A stretch of 63,893 nucleotides of DNA, the filler included, from Chrysochromulina tobinii (taxonomy: Eukaryota): NCBI GenBank assembly GCA_001275005.1. It is 6 parts of 6 records of this genome, joined end to end, with 100 filler letters (N's around TTAATTAATTAA, not from the genome) between each part and the next. Parts side by side here need not be neighbours in the genome. Positions count along the whole stretch, not along the records: positions 25,203 to 51,480 come from JWZX01000242.1; 5 more parts are not named here. One strand, given 5' to 3'. This document shows, one piece after another, positions 36,363 to 46,137 of the stretch. How positions within the stretch are numbered: position 1 is the first letter of the stretch; every line of letters starts with the position of its first letter. Made by a program: the position numbers and the translations under genes. Below the pieces are notes generated by a model. It was given only the letters and a program-made list of their open reading frames with translations, did not search any database and had not been told where the DNA came from.

Positions 36363-39300
36363 ATGGCCCCGACGGACGCTCTCGTCCGCCGTCCGCCACA
36401 AAAGCCGTCCCCGAGGGTCCCGCCTCAGGCCACGAAAGCCGCCTCGCCGATGACCACCTCTCAAGCCGCCTCGCCGACATCTAAGAAAACGGCGGGCTCT
36501 CCATCCGCCGTGGCGCTCCGCCGTGGTGCCTTACCTCTGGGGCTTGAGTTGGTGGCAGGGACGCAGGCAGCGGCAGCGGCGGCCGATGCTCCGCTGTCGC
36601 CGCTGTCGGTGGCGGATGCAGTGCCGGACGAGCGTGCCCGAGGGCGGCGGAGCAGCGGCGCGCCTTCGCCTTACGCTTCGAGTGGCGCGGGATCCGTTAC
36701 GCCTTCCTCGCCATCTCACGCACATCATGGGGTCCGTGATTCAGACCACGGGATGCGTGAAGGCCAGTGGGGCGAGGCGAACGCATCGCGTCCGCATCGT
36801 CATCATCGTACGCACGGCGGCCGCTCTCGCTCTCGCAGCCGGCATCGTCATCGCGACACGACCGCCCACGAGGACGAGGCTGTTGTCACGGCGGGTACAA
36901 GCGTAGATGACGCCACGACAGCGGCCAGCAGGGGCGGTAGCGGCCACGGCGCTCACCACGGCGCTCCGACGTTGCCAGCAGGGAAGCCGGACGTCGGTCG
37001 GCTGCGCGAGTTCCTTGCGAATCGGCCGGACCTACGCTCGGCACTTGCCCAGGCCCAGCGGCCTGCCGTCGCGCAGCTGTGTGCTCTGATGGCAAGCCGC
37101 GCTGACCTCGCCGCCGCGCTCAGCCAAGCGGCCGACGGCCTCGCGAGCAATCTGAACGTCCACGACGAGATTGCCACCATGATCGGCGGTCGGGCAGTCC
37201 GCGGGAGTGCGCCTTTCTCGGCGACCGCCGAGGCAGATGCCCTCGCCGATCGCCTCGCCGACGCTCCCCCCTCGAGGCATGGTGGCGATGCGCACGTGGA
37301 CGTGGACTACTCGGGGGTAGCGGCGCCGGACTTACCCCGCGAGCCTGCTACGCGTGCTCGCGCCGTAGTGAGCGCCTCTCGCTCGCTCGCCGCCTCGCTC
37401 GCGTGTGCGGGCGGCCTGAGCGCGGCCGAGGTGGCGGCGATGGTGAGCGCGGACGCGGCGCTCGCCGATGAGGCCGTCGTGGCGCGCGCCGTCGCCGCCT
37501 CGGAGCAAGAGCTGGCCCTTCTGCATGCGCACGCGGCGCTGCGCGAGAAGCTCGCTAAGAGCGAGCGCGAGCTGCTCGAGACGCGTGCCGCCCATCGACT
37601 GCGCGAAGAGGACCTGCACGTGCTGCACGAGCAAGTGACGCAGCTGAGCGGCGCGCTCGAGGCAGCGCGCGCGATGCTCGAGCGCGCGAACGCCCCGGGG
37701 CGGCTACTCGGGTCTGAGGCTCCAGTTGGACCCGGCGCTCCAAAGGGAGCTCGGCAACATTCGGGCCGAGTGGGTGGCGGCCGCGTGTCAGGCGGCGGGC
37801 GCTGGCGCTCGTGCGTCAGAGGAGACGGCGGTGTCCGCGGTCCTCAAGGGCGAGCTGCGCTTGGCTGAGGAGGTGATGCGCCAGCAGCGCTCGGGCGCGG
37901 AGGAGCTCCGCCGGCAGGCCATCAAGGCGAGTCGCCGTGAAGAGGATCTGAGGCAGAAGCTGCAACGCGCGGAAGCCTCCATCTCCGAGCTGCGCGCGAG
38001 CCACGGTGTGATCTCCGCGCAGCTCGAGATGGCAAACTCGCAGAGCAGGGAGCTGCAAGGCGCGCTGCACGCCGCTCAAGGCGAGGTGGACACGACGCGA
38101 GAGCGACTGGAGGCGCAGCTGAAGGCGTGCGAGCTGCAACGCTCGAGCGAGATGCACGCACATCGAGAGCGAGCGTCACTCTGGTCGAAGAAGCTCGACT
38201 CCTTCCACAGCAACCAGGGGTTCGCGCTCGACCTGCGTGTCTTCATCACCAACGACCCGGTGTACCGCGAGCTCCTGGCGACTCTCGCGCGCGAGGAGGC
38301 GCTGGCGGCCAGGTACCAAAGCGAAGCGGTCGCGGTCGCCAGCCAGCAGGCGCAAGCAGAGCTGGACCTTCTGCACGGGCGGGTCAAGTCGCTTCTCAAG
38401 GCGAATCAGGAGCTGCAGCAGCTGCGTGGGACGGCGGTCGAGGAGGCCCAAGCGCGCGCGGTGGCTGACACGCGCGAGCGGCTCGTCTATCTCGAGCGCG
38501 AGATCGAGATCCAGCGCTCGGCCGGCGCAGAGGCGCTCGAGCGGCTGTCCGAACGCGAGCGCTGGGCGGTCGAGCAGGTGGAGCTCGAGCGCCGACTCTT
38601 TGCCGAAGCGCTGGTGCTGCTCAAGGAGCGTCATCTGGCGGAGCAGAACGAGGCTACGAGCAAGCTCGCGGCGGCGCGCACACGCTGCATCGAGCTCGCG
38701 GAGCGCAACGAGGCGATCCGCGAGTGCCTGGCAAAGCGAGGCGAGTCGGTGTGGCGCCGCCGGTTGCTCAACCTCACGTGGCACGGCTGGAAGGGGTGGA
38801 TGACGAAACAGCGCCTCTCCCGCGTCGAGTTGGACTACACTCGTCGGCTGCGCCAAAAGGCGGATGAGATCTACCATCAAGAGCTCGCGCAGCATGCGAG
38901 AGATCTCTCGGGGGTGCGTGCACACGCGGACGCGCTCGCCGCGCAGCTGGCCGAGGTACGCGCCGCGCAGCGCGACGAGGCCGACGAGGCGCGGCGCGAG
39001 CTCGGCGAGCGGGTGCGCAAGGCGCATGCCGAGGTGGAACGGCTGCGGTCTTCTGCGGAGACGGAGGCGGCCTTGCGCCAGCGCGAGGTGCTCGCCGAGC
39101 GCGAGCGGCACGAGATGGCGGCGAGTCGCGTGAGCTCGCTCCAGATGCAGCTCGCTGCGTCCGAGGCCAGAGTGGTCGCCGAGCGTCGGAACGCCGATGC
39201 AAGGGTGAACGCCGTCGAGGAGAAGCACGCGGCGCTCAGGGCAACGCTCCAGGCGCAGCAGCTGCACGATCACTTGCTTGAGGTGAACAAGGAGGCAAGC

Positions 39301-40020
39301 GCACACGAGAAGCAGCGGCTGCTCAGGCGCGTCGAGGAGGCGGAGGCGGCGCATCAGCACGAGAGGCGGGACGCGGAGCACAGTTGGCAGGAAGAGCGCA
39401 CGCGGTTGCACCGACGGCTCCAGGCGCTGCAAGAGCATGTGCGCCTCGTCGAGGACGAGCAGCAGGCGGGGATCGCACTGCATGCGAAGGAGCTGCAGCA
39501 GGCGCGCCATCGGCATGAGCAGCAGGCGGCGCAAGCCGAGCGCGATCTCGCCTCGCTTCGCGAGGCAGTATGCATCGCCAACCTCGCCGCAGAGATCGCG
39601 GCCGAGCGGCGCGACAAGGATCTCGCGAAGGCGAATGCGGCCCTCGCCTCCTTGTCCAAACGGAGTGTCGTCCATCGCCTCGACGAGCGCTGGAATGCGA
39701 TGCTTCTAAAGACCACGTGGTACGCGTGGCGCCTACTCCACGCGCACACGCATGCGCACGCGCACGCTGCGGGCGCACAGTCCTTGCTTGAGCGCCATGT
39801 TGGCGCCAAGGCGGGCGCGAGCTCACCGGGAGCGGGGCGAGCGCTGAGCCCGAGCCGCCAAGCCAACTTCAAGGGCGGCACAGCACAGCCGGCCGGATAT
39901 GATGGCGAGGACTATGACGGCGATGGAGAGTACGAGTACGACGACTACTCGAGTGCGCTCAGCAGCCAAGCTCCGTGGAAGCTGATGGGCAAGCTGGACG
40001 AGGAGCTGCGAGTGACCTGA
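36363..40020 (+). CDS. Large coiled-coil protein spanning two ORFs (frame switch near 37700)
   Basis: ORF 36252..37868 is coding-like up to ...MLERANAPG, and ORF 37726..40020 continues LDPALQREL... immediately after a CAG at 37723-37725. An intron or an indel would join them. Start MAPTDAL at 36363. Confidence 0.65.
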
Positions 40021-40768
40021 CACGGCGATCTTTCTCCCCGGATTAACGTCGATGAACAGATTTCGAGACCCTCCGACGCTGCCCCTATGTCTACCGTCGA
40101 ATGTCCACGTGTGATCAGAGGAGCGTCGGCGCGCGGCATGGCGCGCGGGGGGGAGGAGGGCATACTCTCTCTAGCCGAGCCGAGCGCAGTAGCGATTAGC
40201 GTACTAGGCCAAGCGACCAGGGTAAGAATGCGAGCAAACCCCCGCGGGAACCCCGCGTCGGGGACGGTAGTATTAATAAAGCCAAACGTGGCACCCTGGC
40301 ACCGGGCGCACCGCGGACACGCGTCGCGCTCGAGCGAGCGCGACGGGGGCGGGCCACCCACATCCGCATGCACATCCGCGTCAGGCGCGCGCGATACACT
40401 GCAAATGCGTCGGGCGCGGTATGCCGCGTGGCGCGTGCCGGTGGCGAGTTCAGTCGAGTACAAGCGCGAGGGCCGAGGCGGATTTTGGCAATCGTTTTCA
40501 GCGAATACCGAATTCAGCACGCTCGATCGCGAAACCGGAATGCAAATCCAAATGTGCCCGGAAATGCGTCGAAATCGATAATCGTGCGGCGGCCGTTGTC
40601 CCGGCTAACGTTTCTCCGCGATGTATAACAGGCGAGATTCTCGGCTGTGTAAAAGGAGTAAGCGAATGTCTTACATGTAATGCGAACGTGCCCAGAGAGG
40701 ACAGGCGCTCACCTCGACACGTGCGGCAACTCGGCGGATCGCATGATCGGTTGATCGCATCCTCATGC

Positions 40769-41626
40769 TCATCTCTTCTCACGGATACTGTACCGCGCCA
40801 TAGCCCATCCCCATCGGTTCGGGCAATTATACATGGGTGGACGCACGCGACGGATGCACGGATTCTCCGGCGCCGAATGGTTGTATTCGTTCCATCTGAG
40901 CACCCGAACGAGACCTTCCTGCTCGGCCTTCCGCAAGGCGTCCCCGGGCCCATGTTTACCGCTGATGTCGTCGATCAGCAGTATCGCATCTGGCTTGGCG
41001 AGCTCGCGCATGTTGACAATGTCACGATACGCGCCATTCGCGCTGTGATCGCCATCTACCAGCAAAATGTCGCAAATGCGGCGGCCCTCTGATGCGGCAA
41101 AGGCCGGCACTGTGCGTTGAGAATCACCCTTGTGATAATGGAAGCGACTCGTGCCAAAGTAGAGCGTGACCAGGTTTGCGGCGTGGTCGGTGTATGGGCC
41201 ATTCGTACCAAGTTCAAACGCGTGCGCCACCAATGACGGGCTGGCGAGCAGCATCGCCGCCATACCATGTCCACCGTTGAAGCCGATCTCGCAGTACGTC
41301 AGGTTTTGGCTGCCGCGCTCCGACACAAGGCGCGAGTATGCGCTCAACTGATCTGGCCGGATGTAGCCGAATGGCGTGCCCGCACCATGAGGCGCCAGGT
41401 TTTTCTCGATGTTCCGATCGAGCAAGTTCCACAGCGTGAGCACTGCGCTAATGTATTGACCCCATGTTTTGGGCTCGAAGCGGTTCACGTGCAGCGGCGC
41501 CATCTCTCGCCAACCGAATTCGCTCTGAAGCAGCTGTGGAAGCGGCACTTGAGTGTCTGGCGCGAGCGAGAGCCGCCCAGAATGGCTTCGCTCGACGAAG
41601 AGCCGCTCATGTGTGCGGCGCGACAT
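40769..41626 (-). CDS. Class I SAM-dependent methyltransferase (Methyltransf_24-like)
   Basis: YCEIGFNGGHG, KGDSQRTVP, CDILLVDGDHS...D..N...LA.P...L.IDD. Confidence 0.85.
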   Translation of the reverse strand: MSRRTHERLFVERSHSGRLSLAPDTQVPLPQLLQSEFGWREMAPLHVNRFEPKTWGQYISAVLTLWNLLDRNIEKNLAPHGAGTPFGYIRPDQLSAYSRLVSERGSQNLTYCEIGFNGGHGMAAMLLASPSLVAHAFELGTNGPYTDHAANLVTLYFGTSRFHYHKGDSQRTVPAFAASEGRRICDILLVDGDHSANGAYRDIVNMRELAKPDAILLIDDISGKHGPGDALRKAEQEGLVRVLRWNEYNHSAPENPCIRRVRPPMYNCPNRWGWAMARYSIREKR

Positions 41627-41864
41627 GCCGCGGCGGAAAATGCGCGCGACCGAGCGCGACGATGTGGCTTAGTACCGGTACTTTCAAAAGTTCAAAGCAC
41701 CGCGTCAATTGCGTCTGCCATTAGCATTCTTTGAGCGACGCGGTGCGCGCTGATTACCTTGTGTTGCTGCAATGAGTGTTTCCAAAATTGTCCAAATGGA
41801 GAGTTCACTGTTGAAGGGCGCGAGCTTCAATCAGCAGCCGCGCCCGGGGCGAAGGTGTGTTAAC

Positions 41865-44456
41865 TCATGCTGGTCGCGATGCTACGGCGGGACGTACCGC
41901 CGTGGCGGTCGCTGGCCGCGCTGCTACGGCAGCAGCAGCAACAGGGCGCGCCGCGGTAGTGGGACGCGTTGCTATGGCGGTTGCCGGGCGCGCCGCGATG
42001 GCCGTCCCGGCGGCCGGCGCAGGGCTCGTGACCGTGGTGGCGGCTGGGCGAGTAGCTGTAGCCACGACGGCGCCTCCTGGGCGAGTAGCTGTGGCAGTCG
42101 TCGGCCTTGACGCGACAGCAGCTGTGGCAGTCGCAGTCGTCGGCCTTGACGCGACAGCAGTTGTGGCAGTCGCAGTCGTCGGCCTTGACGCGACAGCAGT
42201 TGTGGCAGTCGCAGTCGTCGGCCTTGACGCGACAGCAGTTGTGGCAGTCGCAGTCGTCGGCCTTGACGCGACAGCAGTTGTGGCAGTCGCAGTCGTCGGC
42301 CTTGACGCGACAGCCGTTGTGGCAGTCGCAGTCGTCGGCCTTGACGCGACAGCCGTTGTGGCAGTCGCAGTCGTCGACCTTGACGCGACAGCTGTTGTGG
42401 CAGTCGCAGTCGTCGGCCTTGACGCGACAGCTGTTGCGGCAGTCGCAGTCGTCGGCCTTGACGCGACGGCCGTTGCGGCAGTCGCAGTCGTCGGCCTTGA
42501 CGCGACGGCCGTTGCGGGCCTCGACGCAACCGCCGTCGTCGGCCTTGAGGAGGTGACCGCCGTCGTCGCCGTCGTTGATCGCGATTCAGGGGAGAGGCTT
42601 CCACTTCGAGGGGAGGCCACCGCCACAGCCGCCGGCCTCGTAGAGGAGGCCACCGCCACAGCCGCCGGCCTCGTAGGGGAGGCCACCGCCGTCGCTCTCG
42701 CGCTGCCCGGGCGCGAAACTACCACCGCCGTGCGCGACGGCGAGCGCGGCTCCTCGGGTGGCGCGCCGGGCAGCTCTACCTGGAAGGCCTGGCCAGCCCG
42801 TAACCCACGCGGGACGTCCACCTCGTACTCCTTGCCGTGATGCGTCACGAGCAGCGGCTCGCCTGGCCGCAGGGTCGAGGGCACGCGCACCTCGACCGTC
42901 TCTGGCGGCGGCTCAACGAACCGATCGTCACTTGCGCGATTCCCGGGACGGTCGAAACGCGGATGCTCCCCGAAGCGCTCGCGCCGCCGTGTCGACTCGT
43001 CACGCCCTCGGAGGCCCTCTGAGGAGCGCGTCGCGGCGGCGGTCTTGGCCTCCTCTCCCCATCGCCGTCGCCGGCTCGCAGGCGCCTCGTCGCCATTGTA
43101 CCCATCGAAGCTGTCGCCATTGTACCCATCGCGCCCATCGCGTCCGTCGCGCACGTTGCGCCCGTACTCGCCACCGCCGCCGTCAGCCCTCGCAAGCGCT
43201 GAGCGTAGGTACCGATTCTCGTCAGCGAGCTCCTGGTTGCGCTCCCGTGCCTCGGCCAGCTGCGTGAGCTCGGTGGTGAGTCGTGCCGCCTCCAGCTGCG
43301 CCGCCTGCGCCGCGTCCCGTTGCACCTCGATGGCTGCGCGCAACTCCGCAGCCGCGACCTCATGACGCTCTGCTGCGCTCGCGAGCGCGTGCTCCTTCTC
43401 CGTACCGGCGGTTCGCTTGGCAGCCTCGAGCTCTGCGGCGGCCTCGGCCTGAACCTGCGCGCGCTCCGCCGCGGCTGTCGCGTCCGAATTCGCGCGCTGC
43501 TCCGCCGCCGTGCGTTTCGCCTCGTCGAGTGCCGTCCGTGCCGCCTCGAGCTGTGCCACAATCGCGCGAAGCTGCGCGTCGCCCTCGGCGCGAGCGACGC
43601 TCACCGCCGCTTCCTTGTCCGTGGCCGCCGCCTTTTTGGCCGCTTCGAGGGCCGCCCGAAGGCCGTTTGCCTCCGATGCCTGCGAGGCCGCCGCGACCGC
43701 GCGCACCGCCTCGAGCTCTTCGACCGCCATTCGCTTCGCCGCCTCGAGAGACGCCGCCGACTCCGCGCGCACCGTCGCCAACTCGGCGGCGGCCGCAGCC
43801 TTGGCAGAGGCTGCCTGCTCACGGAAGGCCGCCAGCTGGGCCTCGAGGCGCTCGATTCGTTGGAGGCGATCTTCGGCCTGGTGCTCGGCGTGAAGGCGGC
43901 TCGCTGCCTCCGAACGCAGCCGCGTTACGAGTGCATCGAGCTCCGCATTGCGGGCGCGCAGCTGCGTCGCCTCAGCGGCGTACGCGCTCAGCCTCGCATT
44001 CTCGCGCGAGAGCGTTATGGCGCGGCTCTTCAGCTCCCGCATCGCACGGTTCTCGTTCTCGAGACGCTGTTGATTATTCAGCAGCTCTTTGTTGCGCAGA
44101 GAGAGTTCGTCATTGCGCATGCGCGTCTCCGCAGCCGCACTTGCCCCTAGGAGGAGGAGCTGCGTCTGCATGTATTCGTTGCGGCCCGACTCTGCCGCGA
44201 GCGCCTTGAGCGCAGTCTCGAGCGGAGGTGCCATCTCGTCTTCGAAGCCGCTGCCACCGCCATCCTCGTCCATGAGCGCATGCGCCGGAAGATTATGCAG
44301 GGGCCCACGGCGGCTTCGCCGCCGCGTCGTCGTCGGGTACGGCTGCTGCTGCTGCTGCTGCTGCTGCTTGGGCGACGATGGATGCGAGGAGGTCAGCGGT
44401 TCCGGCCACGCCGAAGAGCTCGCGGATAGCAAGACGTCGACGCTCGCATCAATCAT
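41865..44456 (-). CDS. Coiled-coil protein with small VP-G beta-domain and Thr/Ala-rich repeat tail
   Basis: 863-aa ORF with poly-Q, a long coiled coil, VRVPSTLRPGEPLLV...EVDVPRGLRAGQAFQV and (ASRPTTATATTAV)n. Alternative start at 44273. Confidence 0.75.
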   Translation of the reverse strand: MIDASVDVLLSASSSAWPEPLTSSHPSSPKQQQQQQQQPYPTTTRRRSRRGPLHNLPAHALMDEDGGGSGFEDEMAPPLETALKALAAESGRNEYMQTQLLLLGASAAAETRMRNDELSLRNKELLNNQQRLENENRAMRELKSRAITLSRENARLSAYAAEATQLRARNAELDALVTRLRSEAASRLHAEHQAEDRLQRIERLEAQLAAFREQAASAKAAAAAELATVRAESAASLEAAKRMAVEELEAVRAVAAASQASEANGLRAALEAAKKAAATDKEAAVSVARAEGDAQLRAIVAQLEAARTALDEAKRTAAEQRANSDATAAAERAQVQAEAAAELEAAKRTAGTEKEHALASAAERHEVAAAELRAAIEVQRDAAQAAQLEAARLTTELTQLAEARERNQELADENRYLRSALARADGGGGEYGRNVRDGRDGRDGYNGDSFDGYNGDEAPASRRRRWGEEAKTAAATRSSEGLRGRDESTRRRERFGEHPRFDRPGNRASDDRFVEPPPETVEVRVPSTLRPGEPLLVTHHGKEYEVDVPRGLRAGQAFQVELPGAPPEEPRSPSRTAVVVSRPGSARATAVASPTRPAAVAVASSTRPAAVAVASPRSGSLSPESRSTTATTAVTSSRPTTAVASRPATAVASRPTTATAATAVASRPTTATAATAVASRPTTATATTAVASRSTTATATTAVASRPTTATATTAVASRPTTATATTAVASRPTTATATTAVASRPTTATATTAVASRPTTATATTAVASRPTTATATAAVASRPTTATATRPGGAVVATATRPAATTVTSPAPAAGTAIAARPATAIATRPTTAARPVAAAAVAARPATATAVRPAVASRPA
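42088..42548. repeat. 39-nt tandem repeat (~11 copies)
   Basis: gttgtggcagtcgcagtcgtcggccttgacgcgacagc(a/c/t) repeated head to tail with no spacers. Confidence 0.92.
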
Positions 44457-45658
44457 CGCTGCGTCGCTTCACTGCTCCGGTGCCGGTGTGGGACCAGTCC
44501 TCATCGTCGGTGCGGAATTCTTCCAACGCTTTGTCGCCCGACGCGCTGGCTGCTGCCGCTGCAGCTGCTCCTGCTGGCGAACCCATGTTGGAAAAGAAGT
44601 ACCTCTTCCTCCTACTGCTGATCGTTCAGAACACCTCCAAGACCTTGATCATGCGCGCGGCGGTCGGCGGCAAGGCAAACTTTCTCTACTCGGCTGCCGT
44701 GCTGGCAACTGAGGGGCTCAAGGCGACTGCGAGTGCCGTGTGGGTGTTGAACACGGGCGGCAGCCCGGCGAGCATCGTACATTTCCTGCGCAGCGAGTGG
44801 CGTACGTCCGTACGCGTGATGGTGCCAGCCGCTTTCTACAACGTGCAGCAGGTGCTTGAGTATGTCGCGCTCTCGAAGCTGGACGCTCCAGTCTTCGCAG
44901 TGATCGTGCAGATTAAACTGCTTACGACAGCACTCTTTTCGTGGATCATGCTCGGCAAGCAGCTGCGCGCCGTGCAGCTCGTTGCGCTCGTGCTGCTCAT
45001 GGTGGGCGTCATCCTCGCGCAGATGAAGGATGGCCAAACCAACCACCTCGACTTTGATGCGACGACGTCGGTGGGCGTGTCCGCCACGCTCACGATCGCG
45101 ATGTTCTCTGGATTCGCCGCCGTGTACACGGAGAAGGTGCTCAAGCACGCGCCGCTCGTTGCGCATTCAACGAAGGACGACTCCGTCCTGCCGTACATGC
45201 AGATCCAGATGGCGCTCGCATCGCTGCTGATCATCGGCGTCTTCGCGCTCGTGTCCGACTTCCTTGTGATCGTCGAGTACGGGCTGTGGCGCGGCTTCGA
45301 CGGGCGCGCGATCGTCGCCGTCATCTCCTCGGCGCTCGGCGGTCTGATTGTCTCCGCCGTGCTCAAGTACGCTGATGCGGTGCTCAAGGGGTACGCGACC
45401 GCCACCTCCGTCATCCTCACGGGCATCCTTTCCGCGCTGCTCTTCGGCACGACGCTCGACCTGCACTTTGTGCTCGCGGTCGTCAACGTCACCTGCTCGA
45501 TCCTGCTCTACGGCTCGCTCGGGGGAAGTCCTAGTCCGACCGCTCCGGCAAGGCAAGGCACGAGCGAGGTCAGAGCGACCGCCGATGAGCGCGCGCCCCT
45601 ACAGAGCACCAGCCCCAGCCAATGCAGCGTCTCCGACAAGAAGTTGGACCCGGTATGA
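44378..45658 (+). CDS. Nucleotide-sugar transporter (SLC35A / UDP-Gal/CMP-Sia family)
   Basis: LLLLIVQN, AVLATEGLK, VPAAFY.VQ..L.YVAL..LDA....V..Q.KLLTTALF, SGFAAVYTEKVLK, GGLIVSAVLKYAD..LKGYAT; about 10 TM segments. Start at 44378 or 44585. Confidence 0.92.
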   Translation: MDARRSAVPATPKSSRIARRRRSHQSSLRRFTAPVPVWDQSSSSVRNSSNALSPDALAAAAAAAPAGEPMLEKKYLFLLLLIVQNTSKTLIMRAAVGGKANFLYSAAVLATEGLKATASAVWVLNTGGSPASIVHFLRSEWRTSVRVMVPAAFYNVQQVLEYVALSKLDAPVFAVIVQIKLLTTALFSWIMLGKQLRAVQLVALVLLMVGVILAQMKDGQTNHLDFDATTSVGVSATLTIAMFSGFAAVYTEKVLKHAPLVAHSTKDDSVLPYMQIQMALASLLIIGVFALVSDFLVIVEYGLWRGFDGRAIVAVISSALGGLIVSAVLKYADAVLKGYATATSVILTGILSALLFGTTLDLHFVLAVVNVTCSILLYGSLGGSPSPTAPARQGTSEVRATADERAPLQSTSPSQCSVSDKKLDPV

Positions 45659-46137
45659 TGCGCCGGCTACGCGTGGTTGCCCGGGTCGCGCCCCAGGTGC
45701 CCGCGCTGCACCTACAAATATGCATCATAGTCAATTTAGGCGCATGCTGTTTACAACGGAGTCAACAGTGCTCAGCTGTCGCGGAGAGATGCGCAGCTGC
45801 GCGGCCTGTGCGCAAGGCTCACTCAGGGCGGACGAGGGACGTCGCCTCGAGACGGCGGGCCTTACCCGCTCGCTTAACCTGTACGCGATTTTCGTGTCTC
45901 TTCCGAACTCAACTGAGCTCTTAATAAACTGTGACGCCACAATCGCCCGGCAGTGCGTGCGTACACCGATCACCGCGGTCATCGGTTACTTTCGCATCTC
46001 GTCTACCATCTTTTCGGAGCCTGCCGGCGGCTGCGGGATGGAGCGGGGACGCTCAGGTCACGTCCGTCAAGCATCATCCGCCACCCTCGCCGCCGCCGCC
46101 GACCGATGGAACCCGCGCGTAAACGCACGCACGCGAT

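Noticed and set aside
42088..42548. Regular 39-nt array as a possible CRISPR
   Set aside because: The units are head to tail with no unique spacers, lie in frame within a CDS, and there are no cas genes. The same applies to the 27-nt array at 51136-51388.
30714..45658. Glycan-modification cluster (FkbM-like, Methyltransf_24, nucleotide-sugar transporter)
   Set aside because: They are on the same contig but separated by large unrelated coiled-coil genes. These families are commonly numerous in algal genomes, so chance proximity is sufficient.
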